Shown piece after piece: positions 6,856-15,722 of a stretch of DNA of 48,847 bases. A model generated the notes under the pieces. It was given only the letters and a program-made list of their open reading frames with translations. It was not told where the DNA came from and did not search any database. The position numbers and the translations under genes were made by a program. Source of the DNA: Candidatus Saccharimonadales bacterium (GTDB lineage: Bacteria > Patescibacteriota > Saccharimonadia > Saccharimonadales > UBA10212); the NCBI GenBank assembly GCA_035717985.1, contig DASTHW010000006.1, forward strand, positions 1 through 48,847. The letters are read 5' to 3'. Within the stretch, counting starts at the first letter, position 1. Each line of letters starts with the position of its first letter.

Positions 6856-9696
6856 TTAGCTACAGCCGGTGGTGCTACCGCAAGAGGTGCAGACGTAGCA
6901 GGAGCCAGACCGTTGAGTTTGATTGCCGCAGTTATAGCACATTGGGGCACCCTCGTCAGCCGCCGGCTGAGGGGTTTTTCTAATCTCGGCAGAGGCAGAG
7001 GCTTTCTGAGACACCTGCGGACCGGCGGCAGAACTGGTACTGGCGGTTTTAATTACCTCTTCAATTTGGCTCTTAGCACTAGCCTCTTCATTAGCCGCCG
7101 CTTCTAGTAGAGTAATCTGGTTGACGGGCATATCCTCTATGGAGGCAAGGCCCAGCTCTAGCCTATCGTCAAAGCTCAAGTATGTGGCGGCGAGCCGTCG
7201 AAAGACATAGTCGACTATTGAGCTAGCTGTACGTAGTTCCGGATCGTCGGTTATGCCACTAGGAGCAAAACTCATGTGCGAGAAGGCTCGCACATAGCTC
7301 TTTAGCGGTACGCCATATTGCAAACCGTAGCTAATTGATATGGCGAAGGCGTCCATTAAGCCCCGCAGGGTAGAGCCCATCTTAGATACGCTAATGAATA
7401 GCTCTCCCGGGGTGCCGTCGTCATATTCGCCGACGGTAAAGAAACCTCGGCTATCAGACACCCTAAAACTAAAGGTTTTACTGATGCGCATTTTAGGTAG
7501 TTCGTGGCGTATGGCTCCGTAGCTGACGACCGCGTCTTTGACGGCCTCTGCTATCTCGACTGGGGTGGTCGCAGTATGCGCGGCGGGCGCAGGAATAGGC
7601 TCTTTGGTGTCCCCTTCTTTTTTGGCCATAGAAAGCGGTTGAGCCACTTTACAGTTATCACGGTAAATAGCTACAGCTTTGAGTCCCATCTTCCAGGCGT
7701 CCATGTGTAACTGTTCGACATCTTCAACGCTGACATCTTCGGGCATGTTAACGGTTTTAGAAATGGCGCCGGACAAAAATGGCTGAACGGCGGACATCAT
7801 CTTTACATGACCCAGGTAGTGGATAGCGTTATCACCCATTGAGCAAGCAAAAACATCAAGATGCTCTTCCTTGAGTTGCGGCGCGCCGATGATTGTCTTT
7901 TCGCTATCAATATAGCCGACAATGGCATCTATCTGCTCTTTGGTATAGCCCAGCGTTTTAAGGGCCCGTGGCACTGTCTGGTTAACAATACTCATAGTAC
8001 CGCCGCCAACTAATTTTTTAACCTTAACCAGACCTAGATCAGGTTCAATCCCGGTGGTGTCGCAGTCCATCATTAAACCAATGGTGCCGGTGGGTGCCAG
8101 AACCGTTGCCTGAGAATTACGCACCCCGTAAGCCGCGGCTAGTTCAACAGCTTCATCCCAAGCACTGGCCGCCGCCGACAGCAGTTCCTCTGAAACTTTA
8201 GCGGCGTCTATTTTATCGACTTCGGCCCGATGCATTTTGAGAACTTTGTTCATCCCTGCCCGGTCTTTATGATAGCCGGCAAACGGGCCAACCTTTTTAG
8301 CGATACGCGCGCTGGTGGCATAGGCTGTACCGGTCATAAGGGCGGTGACGGCCGCTGCCTGAGCCCGGCCTTCATCAGAATCATATGGTAGCCCCTGGGC
8401 CATTAGTAAAGCGCCCAGATTGGCGTAGCCTAGGCCCAGTTCACGGTAAGCCTTAGCATTTCGAGTAATATTTTTGGTTGGATATTCACTGTAGCCCACC
8501 AAAATCTCTTGGGCCGTAAATATCAGCTCGACGGTATGTTTAAAGGCTGAAATATCAAAACTGCCATCTTCATTCAAATACTTTAGAAGGTTAATAGAGG
8601 CCAGATTGCAGGCTGAATTATCTAGGTGCATATACTCGCTACAGGGGTTAGAGGCGTTAATTCGGCCGGCATTGGGCGCAGTATGCCATCGGTTGATAGT
8701 AGTATCAAACTGCATGCCGGGGTCAGCGCATTCCCAAGCGGCCTCGGCTATTTGGCGGAAAATATCCCGCGCCTTAACCGTTTGGATGGATTTACTGGTT
8801 GTGACGGCCTTCAGCTCCCAGTCCTCATCATTCTCAACGGCTTTCATGAAGTCATCAGTTACCCGCACAGAATTGTTAGCGTTCTGATATTGGACACTGA
8901 ATGAGTCTTTGCCGTCTAGGCTCATATCAAAACCAGCCTGCTCTAGTACTCGGGCCTTGCGCTCTTCGATAGCCTTACACCAAATAAACTCCTCAACATC
9001 CGGATGGCTGGCGTTTAGAATGACCATTTTGGCGGCCCGGCGGGTTTTACCACCGCTTTTGATAGCACCAGCACTGGCGTCGGCACCACGCATAAAGCTC
9101 AAAGGTCCAGAGGCCGTACCGGCGCTTTTACCCAGGCGCTCTTTAGAACTGCGTAGACTGCTAACATTAATGCCGGAGCCAGAACCACCTTTAAAAATCA
9201 TTCCCTCTTCGGCATACCAGTTTAAGATAGCCGGCATGGTATCTTCTACAGCCAAGATAAAGCAGGCGCTAGCCTGCTGAGCCCGGCCAGGGGCACCGAT
9301 ATTGAACCAAACCGGTGAGTTAAAAGCCGCTCTTTGGGTAGCTAGGATATACTTAAGCTCTTCGCGAAAATCTTCTGCCTCAACTTCGCTGGTAAAGTAG
9401 CCCTCTCTGCTACCTTGACGCGTAACTGTATCTATAACCCGATTTATTAATTGTTTGAGGCTAGCCTCGCGCTCTGGAGTACCGGGTGTACCGGAAAAAT
9501 ATTTTTGAGCCACAATGTTTATGGCGTTTAAGCTCCAGCCCTCTGGAAAATCAACGTCCTTCTGTTCAAAAACCACTTTGCCGGTACCAGGATTGGCAAT
9601 CAGTGAGTGCCTTTTTGTCCATTTAAGCTGGTCATAGGCTTTACTTTTAGCTGGTGTGAACAGTCTTTTAACCCGTAGATTTGCTGTTTGCGCCAT
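6856..9696 (-). CDS. nrdJ: Class II adenosylcobalamin-dependent ribonucleotide reductase
   Basis: FNSPVWFN, QASACFI, NPCSEY catalytic motif, APTGTIG, GAISKTVN, C-terminal TSCPD-like domain and CYNCG...CTSCG zinc ribbon; no intein insertion seen. Confidence 0.96.
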   Translation of the reverse strand: MAQTANLRVKRLFTPAKSKAYDQLKWTKRHSLIANPGTGKVVFEQKDVDFPEGWSLNAINIVAQKYFSGTPGTPEREASLKQLINRVIDTVTRQGSREGYFTSEVEAEDFREELKYILATQRAAFNSPVWFNIGAPGRAQQASACFILAVEDTMPAILNWYAEEGMIFKGGSGSGINVSSLRSSKERLGKSAGTASGPLSFMRGADASAGAIKSGGKTRRAAKMVILNASHPDVEEFIWCKAIEERKARVLEQAGFDMSLDGKDSFSVQYQNANNSVRVTDDFMKAVENDEDWELKAVTTSKSIQTVKARDIFRQIAEAAWECADPGMQFDTTINRWHTAPNAGRINASNPCSEYMHLDNSACNLASINLLKYLNEDGSFDISAFKHTVELIFTAQEILVGYSEYPTKNITRNAKAYRELGLGYANLGALLMAQGLPYDSDEGRAQAAAVTALMTGTAYATSARIAKKVGPFAGYHKDRAGMNKVLKMHRAEVDKIDAAKVSEELLSAAASAWDEAVELAAAYGVRNSQATVLAPTGTIGLMMDCDTTGIEPDLGLVKVKKLVGGGTMSIVNQTVPRALKTLGYTKEQIDAIVGYIDSEKTIIGAPQLKEEHLDVFACSMGDNAIHYLGHVKMMSAVQPFLSGAISKTVNMPEDVSVEDVEQLHMDAWKMGLKAVAIYRDNCKVAQPLSMAKKEGDTKEPIPAPAAHTATTPVEIAEAVKDAVVSYGAIRHELPKMRISKTFSFRVSDSRGFFTVGEYDDGTPGELFISVSKMGSTLRGLMDAFAISISYGLQYGVPLKSYVRAFSHMSFAPSGITDDPELRTASSIVDYVFRRLAATYLSFDDRLELGLASIEDMPVNQITLLEAAANEEASAKSQIEEVIKTASTSSAAGPQVSQKASASAEIRKTPQPAADEGAPMCYNCGNQTQRSGSCYVCTSCGSTTGCS

Positions 9697-9875
9697 AATT
9701 ATTTTCCCCTCTTTTTAATTATTATTTTTTATCTTTTTGAATTTTTATTTAGAGCTTTTAAAAGCCTAGAAAGTTCCCGCCCTTTGCAAAACCGAGCTGG
9801 CCCTTTTCTTAGACCTCTCCTGCTCCTTTGTCTAGCCTCATAATAGCCTAGGCCGTGAGCCAAGGCAATAATTAG

Positions 9876-10388
9876 CTAGACTACTTTTTTGATCTTTGTT
9901 TTCTTAGAAGAAAGCTCATCGCCATCTTGCTGTTTGCTTTCGCGGATACGGGTTAGCTCTTTTTCAAAACCAGTAATATCGCGAAATTTGCGGTAAACAC
10001 TAGCAAAGCGCACATAGGCCACTTCGCTAAGTTTTGGCAAACCAGCCATCACCAGTTCGCCAATATCTGTGCTAGATATTTCCGGCTCGCCGCGCTCATA
10101 TAAATCGCGCTCAATGCTGGCTACGAAGTTCTCTAACTGCAGGCTAGTGACGCTAGTTTTTTCGCAGGCATGTTGCAGGCCGGCTAATAATTTATCCCGG
10201 CTGAACAACTGCCTAGTGCCGTTACGTTTAACCACTGCTAAACTGGGGCGCTCTAAGCGTTCGTAAGTTGTAAATCTATGGCCGCATTTAAGGCACTCGC
10301 GGCGGCGGCGAATGGCTTCGCCTTCAGCTACGTCGCGTGATTCTATTACTTTACTATCGCAGGACCCACAGTGGTGACACTTCATCAA
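9876..10388 (-). CDS. nrdR: Transcriptional repressor NrdR
   Basis: MKCHHCG...KVIESR...IRRRRECLKCGHRFTTYER zinc ribbon plus ATP-cone and EVAYVRFASVYRKF; true start may be ATG at 10385. Confidence 0.97.
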   Translation of the reverse strand: MMKCHHCGSCDSKVIESRDVAEGEAIRRRRECLKCGHRFTTYERLERPSLAVVKRNGTRQLFSRDKLLAGLQHACEKTSVTSLQLENFVASIERDLYERGEPEISSTDIGELVMAGLPKLSEVAYVRFASVYRKFRDITGFEKELTRIRESKQQDGDELSSKKTKIKKVV

Positions 10389-10421
10389 CTTTCCTCTATG
10401 AAATTTTTATTTAAGGTGCTA

Positions 10422-10437
10422 TCACCATATTTAGTGT
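10422..10437. promoter_or_regulatory. NrdR box 1
   Basis: tcaCcAtATtTaGtgt fits the 16-bp NrdR-box palindrome consensus (acaCwAtATaTwGtgt). Confidence 0.75.
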
Positions 10438-10448
10438 TAGTAATTCTT

Positions 10449-10477
10449 ATAGTAGCGCTACTTATAGCGCTTAGCAA
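10449..10477 (-). promoter_or_regulatory. nrdR(-nrdJ) promoter
   Basis: Minus strand TTGCTA, 17 bp, TACTAT. Confidence 0.6.
10455..10470. promoter_or_regulatory. NrdR box 2, inside the nrdR promoter spacer
   Basis: gcgCtActTaTaGcgc, near-perfect palindrome, 33 bp from box 1. Confidence 0.65.
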
Positions 10478-10525
10478 ATATTTTCTGGTGTAATAATCAC
10501 AAAAAAATTTCAGGGGCAAAATCTG

Positions 10526-11905
10526 TTATTTCTTCTTAGATTTTTTTGATTTTTTGACTGATTTATCAGCTGGCTCTAGCTCGTCGTCCTGGTCTTCAGC
10601 CTCATCTATGTCCACGTCATCCCCGTCATCAGTATTATCACTATCATCAGCGTTATCATCCTTGACGCCTCCGCCTACTCTAGAGGTAAAGCGACGCAAA
10701 AATGATGGCTTCTCCAGTTCATTATCTGCTTCATTTTGGTCGCTATTCATGTTTTCATCATCCGGCAGAGCCCAGATGTTTGGCGTATCGTCGTCCTTAG
10801 TGAACTCGTGGTTCTCTTCTTCCTCTTTAAGTTCCATATCAATGCCGGCCATAGCCTCTTCATCTACTTGATGATCGGGTCTAAAGCTTGGATCTTCCTC
10901 GGCCGCCCGCCTCAGTAGATCGGCCGCCCGGTTATCTCGAGTAGCAAAGTAAGAATTATCAAAACCAGTGGCCACTACCGTAACAATTATTTCGCCTTCT
11001 AGATCAGGATTAATTGTAGCTCCGAAAATAATATTGGCTTCTGGGTCAGCCGCCGCCGTAATCGTTTCAGCTACCGTGTTAATTTCGTGCATGCTCATAT
11101 CTTGACCGCCAATGACGTTAAACAAAATCCCACGAGCACCGTCAATTGAGACCTCTAACAGCGGTGAGCTGATGGCCTGCTGAGCGGCATCCACCGCTCG
11201 GTTTTCGCCGCTAGCCCGGCCAATGCCCATCAGGGCCGAGCCGGCATTGCTCATTACAGCTTTAACATCGGCAAAATCGAGGTTAACCAAACCATGAACC
11301 GTAATTAAATCCGAGATACCTTGCACACCTTGGCGCAAAACATCATCAGCCACCTTGAAAGCTTCCATTAGGGGCGTCCGGCGGTCAATGGTCTGAAGCA
11401 GTCGGTCGTTGGGAATTGTAATCATAGTGTCAACGTTATGCCTTAGCTTCTCCACCGCCGTGTCAGCATTGCGGCGCCGCTTCTCACCCTCAAAGGCAAA
11501 GGGCTTGGTGGCAAAACCAACTACCAGCGCTCCGCTTTCTTGGGCTAATTTAGCTACCACGTGGCCAGCCCCGCTACCCGTACCGCCGCCAGCACCAAAA
11601 GTTACAAACACCATGTCGGCGCCCTTAACGGCATTTTTGATTTCTTCCTCTGACTCTAGAGCCGATTTTTCACCCATTTCCGGGTCGGCCCCAGCCCCCA
11701 AACCTTTAGTGGTTTGACTACCGATATGGACCTTGGTTTGAGCTTTAGAATGGTGGAGAGCTTGGGCGTCGGTATTAACGGCTATAAAATCAACTCCTGA
11801 TACGCCAGCTTCAACCATGCGGTTTACGGCCGCACTTCCGGCACCACCCACGCCGACTACTTTTATTCTGGCAAAGGTTTCAATTGCGGGTTCTACTTGA
11901 GGCAT
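10526..11905 (-). CDS. ftsZ: Cell division protein FtsZ
   Basis: [26 protein letters not shown] tubulin motif, [12 protein letters not shown]-terminal [10 protein letters not shown] peptide. Confidence 0.99.
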   Translation of the reverse strand: MPQVEPAIETFARIKVVGVGGAGSAAVNRMVEAGVSGVDFIAVNTDAQALHHSKAQTKVHIGSQTTKGLGAGADPEMGEKSALESEEEIKNAVKGADMVFVTFGAGGGTGSGAGHVVAKLAQESGALVVGFATKPFAFEGEKRRRNADTAVEKLRHNVDTMITIPNDRLLQTIDRRTPLMEAFKVADDVLRQGVQGISDLITVHGLVNLDFADVKAVMSNAGSALMGIGRASGENRAVDAAQQAISSPLLEVSIDGARGILFNVIGGQDMSMHEINTVAETITAAADPEANIIFGATINPDLEGEIIVTVVATGFDNSYFATRDNRAADLLRRAAEEDPSFRPDHQVDEEAMAGIDMELKEEEENHEFTKDDDTPNIWALPDDENMNSDQNEADNELEKPSFLRRFTSRVGGGVKDDNADDSDNTDDGDDVDIDEAEDQDDELEPADKSVKKSKKSKKK

Positions 11906-11934
11906 AGTCTCTCCACTTAAAAAATCGTGCCTTC

Positions 11935-11964
11935 ATTATAAGCAATTAGGACTTTTGAATGCAA
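11935..11964 (-). promoter_or_regulatory. Putative ftsZ promoter
   Basis: Minus strand TTGCAT, 18 bp, TATAAT; GGAG SD before the ATG. Confidence 0.55.
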
Positions 11965-12037
11965 TTAATACTCAAGTTAAAAAAGCTAAATGTTTTTTGA
12001 ATAAATAATTGGTTCCCTCAGACTAAGTTAAATTGTG

Positions 12038-13282
12038 TTATTTTTTAAGTCGTCTAAAAAGACTGTTCAATCCGCTATCCATGGTCTTTTTAAGGAGTCC
12101 GGGCTCTATATCGGCAAAGGCTCCACTCTGAGTAGGACCCAAATATAAATCGAGTAGCATTAAGCCGACGGCCGGTGCAAAACTATGATCATCCAGTCCG
12201 TCAACCACTCGCTTAATATGCTTCCAGCTACCAACCCGGGCCGGTAGTTCCAGGCAGTCTTTAGCCGCTTCTACTAGGCCGGGCAATTTAGAAGTGCCAC
12301 CGGTCAGTACTATCCCTCCCGGTAGTTTGCGGGAACGGTGAATTTTCTTAAGCTCTCTATCTACGTATTCAAATAATTCTTCGGCCCGTGCCAACGCAAT
12401 CATTCTAATGGTGGCCCTATCAAACTTTAGTTCCTCACCATTTTTGACAAAGCTGGTTTCACCTACGGCTGACGGCAATAGACTAGCGTGCTTAACTTTT
12501 ACCAGCTCAGCCACATCAAGATCGGTTTTTAGGCCAATAGCTAAGTCATTAGTAATATGATTGCCACCCATCGGAATGACGGCAATGTGCTCAACTTCCC
12601 CGTCTTCAATAACGACAATATTAGTGGTGGCTGAGCCGATATCCACTACGGCCACACCTGATTCTTTTTGTTTGCGGTTCAGTAGCGCTTCAGCCGCCGC
12701 TAGGCTAGCGACAGTATGATGCGAAGGGCCAATCTCGGCCTTTTCCAGGGCCTGATCCAGGCTCCGGAGAGCCGGCGTAGAGGCTAAAACTATATGGGTA
12801 TCTACTTCTAGACGAACACCATGCATACCCACCGGGTCTTTTATATTTTCTTGGCCATCTAGGCGGTAGTTCTTAGCAAAAACCTGAATAATATCTTTGT
12901 TAGGCGGTAGTTGAACGATAGTTGCCGCCTCTTCTACCCGAGCTCTATCTTCGTCAGTTATTTGGCGATCGGCTGAGCTGATAGCAATTACCCCTTTTGA
13001 GTTAATACCCTCGAGGTGAGAGCCATTAACATTAACCGTAGCGTGGCTAATCTCGCGGCCAGATATCCGTTCAGCCTCCGAGACAGCTTTAACGATGGCT
13101 TCGGCCACCTCGTCTACATGGGCTACGTTACCTTTTCTCATTCCAGAATTTTCAGCGCTAGAAAAGCCAATGATAGCCGGCATTTCGTCTTCGGGCCCCA
13201 GCTCGCCGACAACACAGCGCACAGCGGTGGTGCCAATATCAATGCCTACATAATATGAAAGTTTTTGTTCTTGCATTTTCAA
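12038..13282 (-). CDS. ftsA: Cell division protein FtsA
   Basis: VGIDIGTTAVRCVVG, VVDIGSATTNI, GGIVLTGGTSKLPG actin-like motifs; upstream of ftsZ. Start may be ATG at 13276. Confidence 0.97.
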   Translation of the reverse strand: MKMQEQKLSYYVGIDIGTTAVRCVVGELGPEDEMPAIIGFSSAENSGMRKGNVAHVDEVAEAIVKAVSEAERISGREISHATVNVNGSHLEGINSKGVIAISSADRQITDEDRARVEEAATIVQLPPNKDIIQVFAKNYRLDGQENIKDPVGMHGVRLEVDTHIVLASTPALRSLDQALEKAEIGPSHHTVASLAAAEALLNRKQKESGVAVVDIGSATTNIVVIEDGEVEHIAVIPMGGNHITNDLAIGLKTDLDVAELVKVKHASLLPSAVGETSFVKNGEELKFDRATIRMIALARAEELFEYVDRELKKIHRSRKLPGGIVLTGGTSKLPGLVEAAKDCLELPARVGSWKHIKRVVDGLDDHSFAPAVGLMLLDLYLGPTQSGAFADIEPGLLKKTMDSGLNSLFRRLKK

Positions 13283-13299
13283 GCTAAATCTATAGCGGC

Positions 13300-13329
13300 A
13301 GTATACCGCTTGGGCTAAGAAGAAAGCAA
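13300..13329 (-). promoter_or_regulatory. Putative ftsA promoter
   Basis: Minus strand TTGCTT, 18 bp, TATACT. Confidence 0.5.
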
Positions 13330-13333
13330 GGAG

Positions 13334-14083
13334 CTAGGCAAGCGTCAGAATTTCGGCGCCGTCGTCAGTAATTAAAACGGTGTGCTCAAAGTGAGCACCC
13401 AGCGAATGGTCGCGCATGGCGATTGTCCAGCCATCTTTCAATACATCAATTTGCCAGTCGCCCAGCGAGGCCATGGGCTCGATGGCAATGGTGGCACCAG
13501 CTGGCAAAACCGGCCCCGTCCCTTTTAGACCATAGTTTGGTACATTTGGATCTTCATGAATACCATGACCCACGCCGTGGCCGACTAAATCACGAATGAT
13601 GCCTAGTTTATAGCTGTTTAAAACATCTTGGACAGCATTAGCAATATCGCCTACCCGAGTGCCCTCGCCCTTGATGGCCGAAATACCCCTGTCCAGAGCT
13701 TTTTTAGTCCCACCTATCAAGCGTTTAACATCAGCTGGCGGATTATTACCGACGAAGACTGTAATTGCTGAATCTATCACCATTCCGCGGTTGGCTACAG
13801 TTAAATCTAGCTTTACTAAATCACCTTCTTTAAATCGAGTTTTAGTAGGCACACCATGAACTATAGAGTCGTTCACGGAGATGCAAATAACGTCCGGAAA
13901 GCCGTCGTACCCCAGTAGTACCGGCTGGAGTTTGGCCTCCTTGACTTTTTGAGCCGCTAACCCGGCTATATCTTTACCGCTTACACCTGGCTTAACTTCT
14001 TGACTCAGCTCCTTTAAGATACGGCCCAGCTGGCGGCCGCCTTGGCGCATCCACTCTGTTTCTTGGGCAGTCTTTGGCGTCAT
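13334..14083 (-). CDS. map: Methionine aminopeptidase type I
   Basis: CISVNDSIVHGVP, DSAIT, GHGVGHGIHEDPNVPN, IEPM, AHFEHTVLIT. Confidence 0.98.
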   Translation of the reverse strand: MTPKTAQETEWMRQGGRQLGRILKELSQEVKPGVSGKDIAGLAAQKVKEAKLQPVLLGYDGFPDVICISVNDSIVHGVPTKTRFKEGDLVKLDLTVANRGMVIDSAITVFVGNNPPADVKRLIGGTKKALDRGISAIKGEGTRVGDIANAVQDVLNSYKLGIIRDLVGHGVGHGIHEDPNVPNYGLKGTGPVLPAGATIAIEPMASLGDWQIDVLKDGWTIAMRDHSLGAHFEHTVLITDDGAEILTLA

Positions 14084-14629
14084 TTAAGCTATCCCTAACG
14101 CCTCTCGGATACTGCCGGCAATTTCTTCTATTGAGCCATCGGCACTAACTTCATGCACTGCCACACCGTTCTGCTTTAAGAAGTCTAAGGTAGGCGTGAT
14201 TGAGCGCTGATATTCTTCGAACCGAGTTTCAATGACATTATCGTCATGATCATCCAGCCGGCCGCGCTTGAGCATCCTTTTCTTAGCTATAGATAGCTGG
14301 GCTGTCAGGTGTATGACTCCTAAGATTTTGAAGCGGCCCTCCCGCACCTGCTCTAGCCACCACTGCGCCTGAGAAATACTGCGTGGGTTACCTTCAAAAA
14401 CACATTCTTCTTTAGAAGTATCAAAGCCGGCCAGGGTTTTGTCGATAATACCAATGGTGGCCCTGTCACTGATAATCTTACCGGCCAGCATGTCTTTCCT
14501 TTCTTGTCCGGTAACTTCATTTCTGATTAGCTCGCCCATTGAGAAACATCTGCAGTTAAGATGTTCTGCCAGCAGTCTGCTTTGAGTCGTTTTACCGGCA
14601 CCCGGTGTACCTAGAATAATTATCATCAA
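14084..14629 (-). CDS. adk: Adenylate/nucleoside monophosphate kinase, short-LID type
   Basis: P-loop GTPGAGKTTQ, SMGELIR, EGNPR (for DGFPR), RGRLDD short LID; adjacent to map. Confidence 0.88.
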   Translation of the reverse strand: MMIIILGTPGAGKTTQSRLLAEHLNCRCFSMGELIRNEVTGQERKDMLAGKIISDRATIGIIDKTLAGFDTSKEECVFEGNPRSISQAQWWLEQVREGRFKILGVIHLTAQLSIAKKRMLKRGRLDDHDDNVIETRFEEYQRSITPTLDFLKQNGVAVHEVSADGSIEEIAGSIREALGIA

Positions 14630-15076
14630 CTACTCAAGTTTTTCCTTAACCAATTTAGCTATTAGAGCACCATCGGCCTGGCCGCCAGTGCGAGCTTTAA
14701 CGGCCCCTATAAGCCGGCCCATATCTTTAAGGCCTACGTCTCCGGCCCGCCCTACCTCTTCGTCTACTATTTTAGCCACTTCAGTTTCATCTAGCTGTTC
14801 CGGCAGGTAGCTATCAATTAATTCTTTTTCGGCCTGCTCTTTATCGGCTCTAGCCTGCTCGCCAGCCCCGGCATAAAGTTGTGCCGTCTCATGACGTTTT
14901 TTAGATTCCCGCCTTAGCACCTGCTCTATTTGCTCTGGTGGCAATTCATTCAGTTTGAGTTTTTTAGCTACGGCCTCATACTGCAGAGCGCTTTTTATGG
15001 TTTTTAGAGTCTCCGCTTTAACTTTATCACCGGCCAGCAGGGCGGTTTTGATGTCCCGCTCAATTTGCTCTACCAT
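14630..15076 (-). CDS. yqeY: GatB/YqeY domain protein
   Basis: IKTALLAGDK...REsKKRHETAQLY..AG...E..LI..YLPEQL...KDMGRLIGAVK; downstream of rpsU as commonly seen. Confidence 0.92.
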   Translation of the reverse strand: MVEQIERDIKTALLAGDKVKAETLKTIKSALQYEAVAKKLKLNELPPEQIEQVLRRESKKRHETAQLYAGAGEQARADKEQAEKELIDSYLPEQLDETEVAKIVDEEVGRAGDVGLKDMGRLIGAVKARTGGQADGALIAKLVKEKLE

Positions 15077-15087
15077 GGCCGGGCCGC

Positions 15088-15300
15088 CTATCTTCCCAGT
15101 CTCAGTTTCTGGACTTTGGCCAGCTTACGTTCGCGGCGGATTATAGCCCGAAAGCGGCGCTCCCGGCGGCTCATAGCTTTTTCATGGTATTGAGACTGCT
15201 TAGCGGTAGCCAAAACGCCAGACTGCTGAACCTTACGGTTAAACCGGCGCAATAAATTTTCGACTGATTCCTTAGAGTCTTTACGAGTAACTTGTATCAT
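15088..15300 (-). CDS. rpsU: 30S ribosomal protein S21
   Basis: ESVENLLRRFNRKVQQSGVLATAKQSQYHEK..SRRERR. Confidence 0.92.
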   Translation of the reverse strand: MIQVTRKDSKESVENLLRRFNRKVQQSGVLATAKQSQYHEKAMSRRERRFRAIIRRERKLAKVQKLRLGR

Positions 15301-15307
15301 CTGCTGT

Positions 15308-15336
15308 ATTCTAAATTAACAGATAAGAAAAAGCAA
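15308..15336 (-). promoter_or_regulatory. rpsU promoter, probable leaderless transcript
   Basis: TTGCTT, 17 bp, TAGAAT, then 7 nt, then ATG; no SD. Confidence 0.65.
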
Positions 15337-15346
15337 TCTTTCTGGT

Positions 15347-15634
15347 TTAAAGTGTATGGCGGCGCTGGCTGGCCCGCTGGGATTTTAAAACAATACTTTG
15401 GAGTTCTTTAAAAATTGGAAAGTGCTTATTGGTGTAATAAATCTTGGTATTGCCTTGCCGCTCAGAGATTAAAAAGCCGATTTTTTCTAAACGCTTCAGT
15501 TCTCTTTGAATATTGCCGGCGTCTTCTTTTATAAGTTTAGCCAGGCCACGCACGTGCGTTTTAAAATCCGGATACTTGGCGTAAACGACAATTATCTTTC
15601 TCCTGACCCTCGACGTGATAAACGTATCAAGCAT
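15347..15634 (-). CDS. Stand-alone winged helix-turn-helix protein (95 aa)
   Basis: HVRGLAKLIKEDAGNIQRELKRLEKIGFLISERQGNTKIYYTN wHTH pattern. Start placed at ATG 15634 (AAGGTG SD) rather than 15697 because a promoter lies at 15665-15694. Confidence 0.8.
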   Translation of the reverse strand: MLDTFITSRVRRKIIVVYAKYPDFKTHVRGLAKLIKEDAGNIQRELKRLEKIGFLISERQGNTKIYYTNKHFPIFKELQSIVLKSQRASQRRHTL

Positions 15635-15664
15635 AAGCACCTTATTGTTATTCAGACAACGTAA

Positions 15665-15716
15665 AGTATAAACCAAATGGTGCAATCTTTGCAACATCTA
15701 GTTTAGCCTTTACAAT
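15665..15716. promoter_or_regulatory. Divergent promoters sharing one palindromic -35 hexamer
   Basis: TTGCAA (15689-15694): plus strand 16 bp then TACAAT (15711-15716), 6 nt, priA ATG; minus strand 18 bp then TATACT (15665-15670). Confidence 0.55.
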
Positions 15717-15722
15717 TAATTT

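Noticed and set aside
6856-9696. Intein or intron in nrdJ
   Set aside because: Length and motif spacing fit an uninterrupted class II RNR; no splice-junction or LAGLIDADG motifs seen.
9697-9875. Cobalamin riboswitch upstream of nrdJ
   Set aside because: No B12-box or GGGAA...CACUG pattern; the 3' half is only an A-rich tract.
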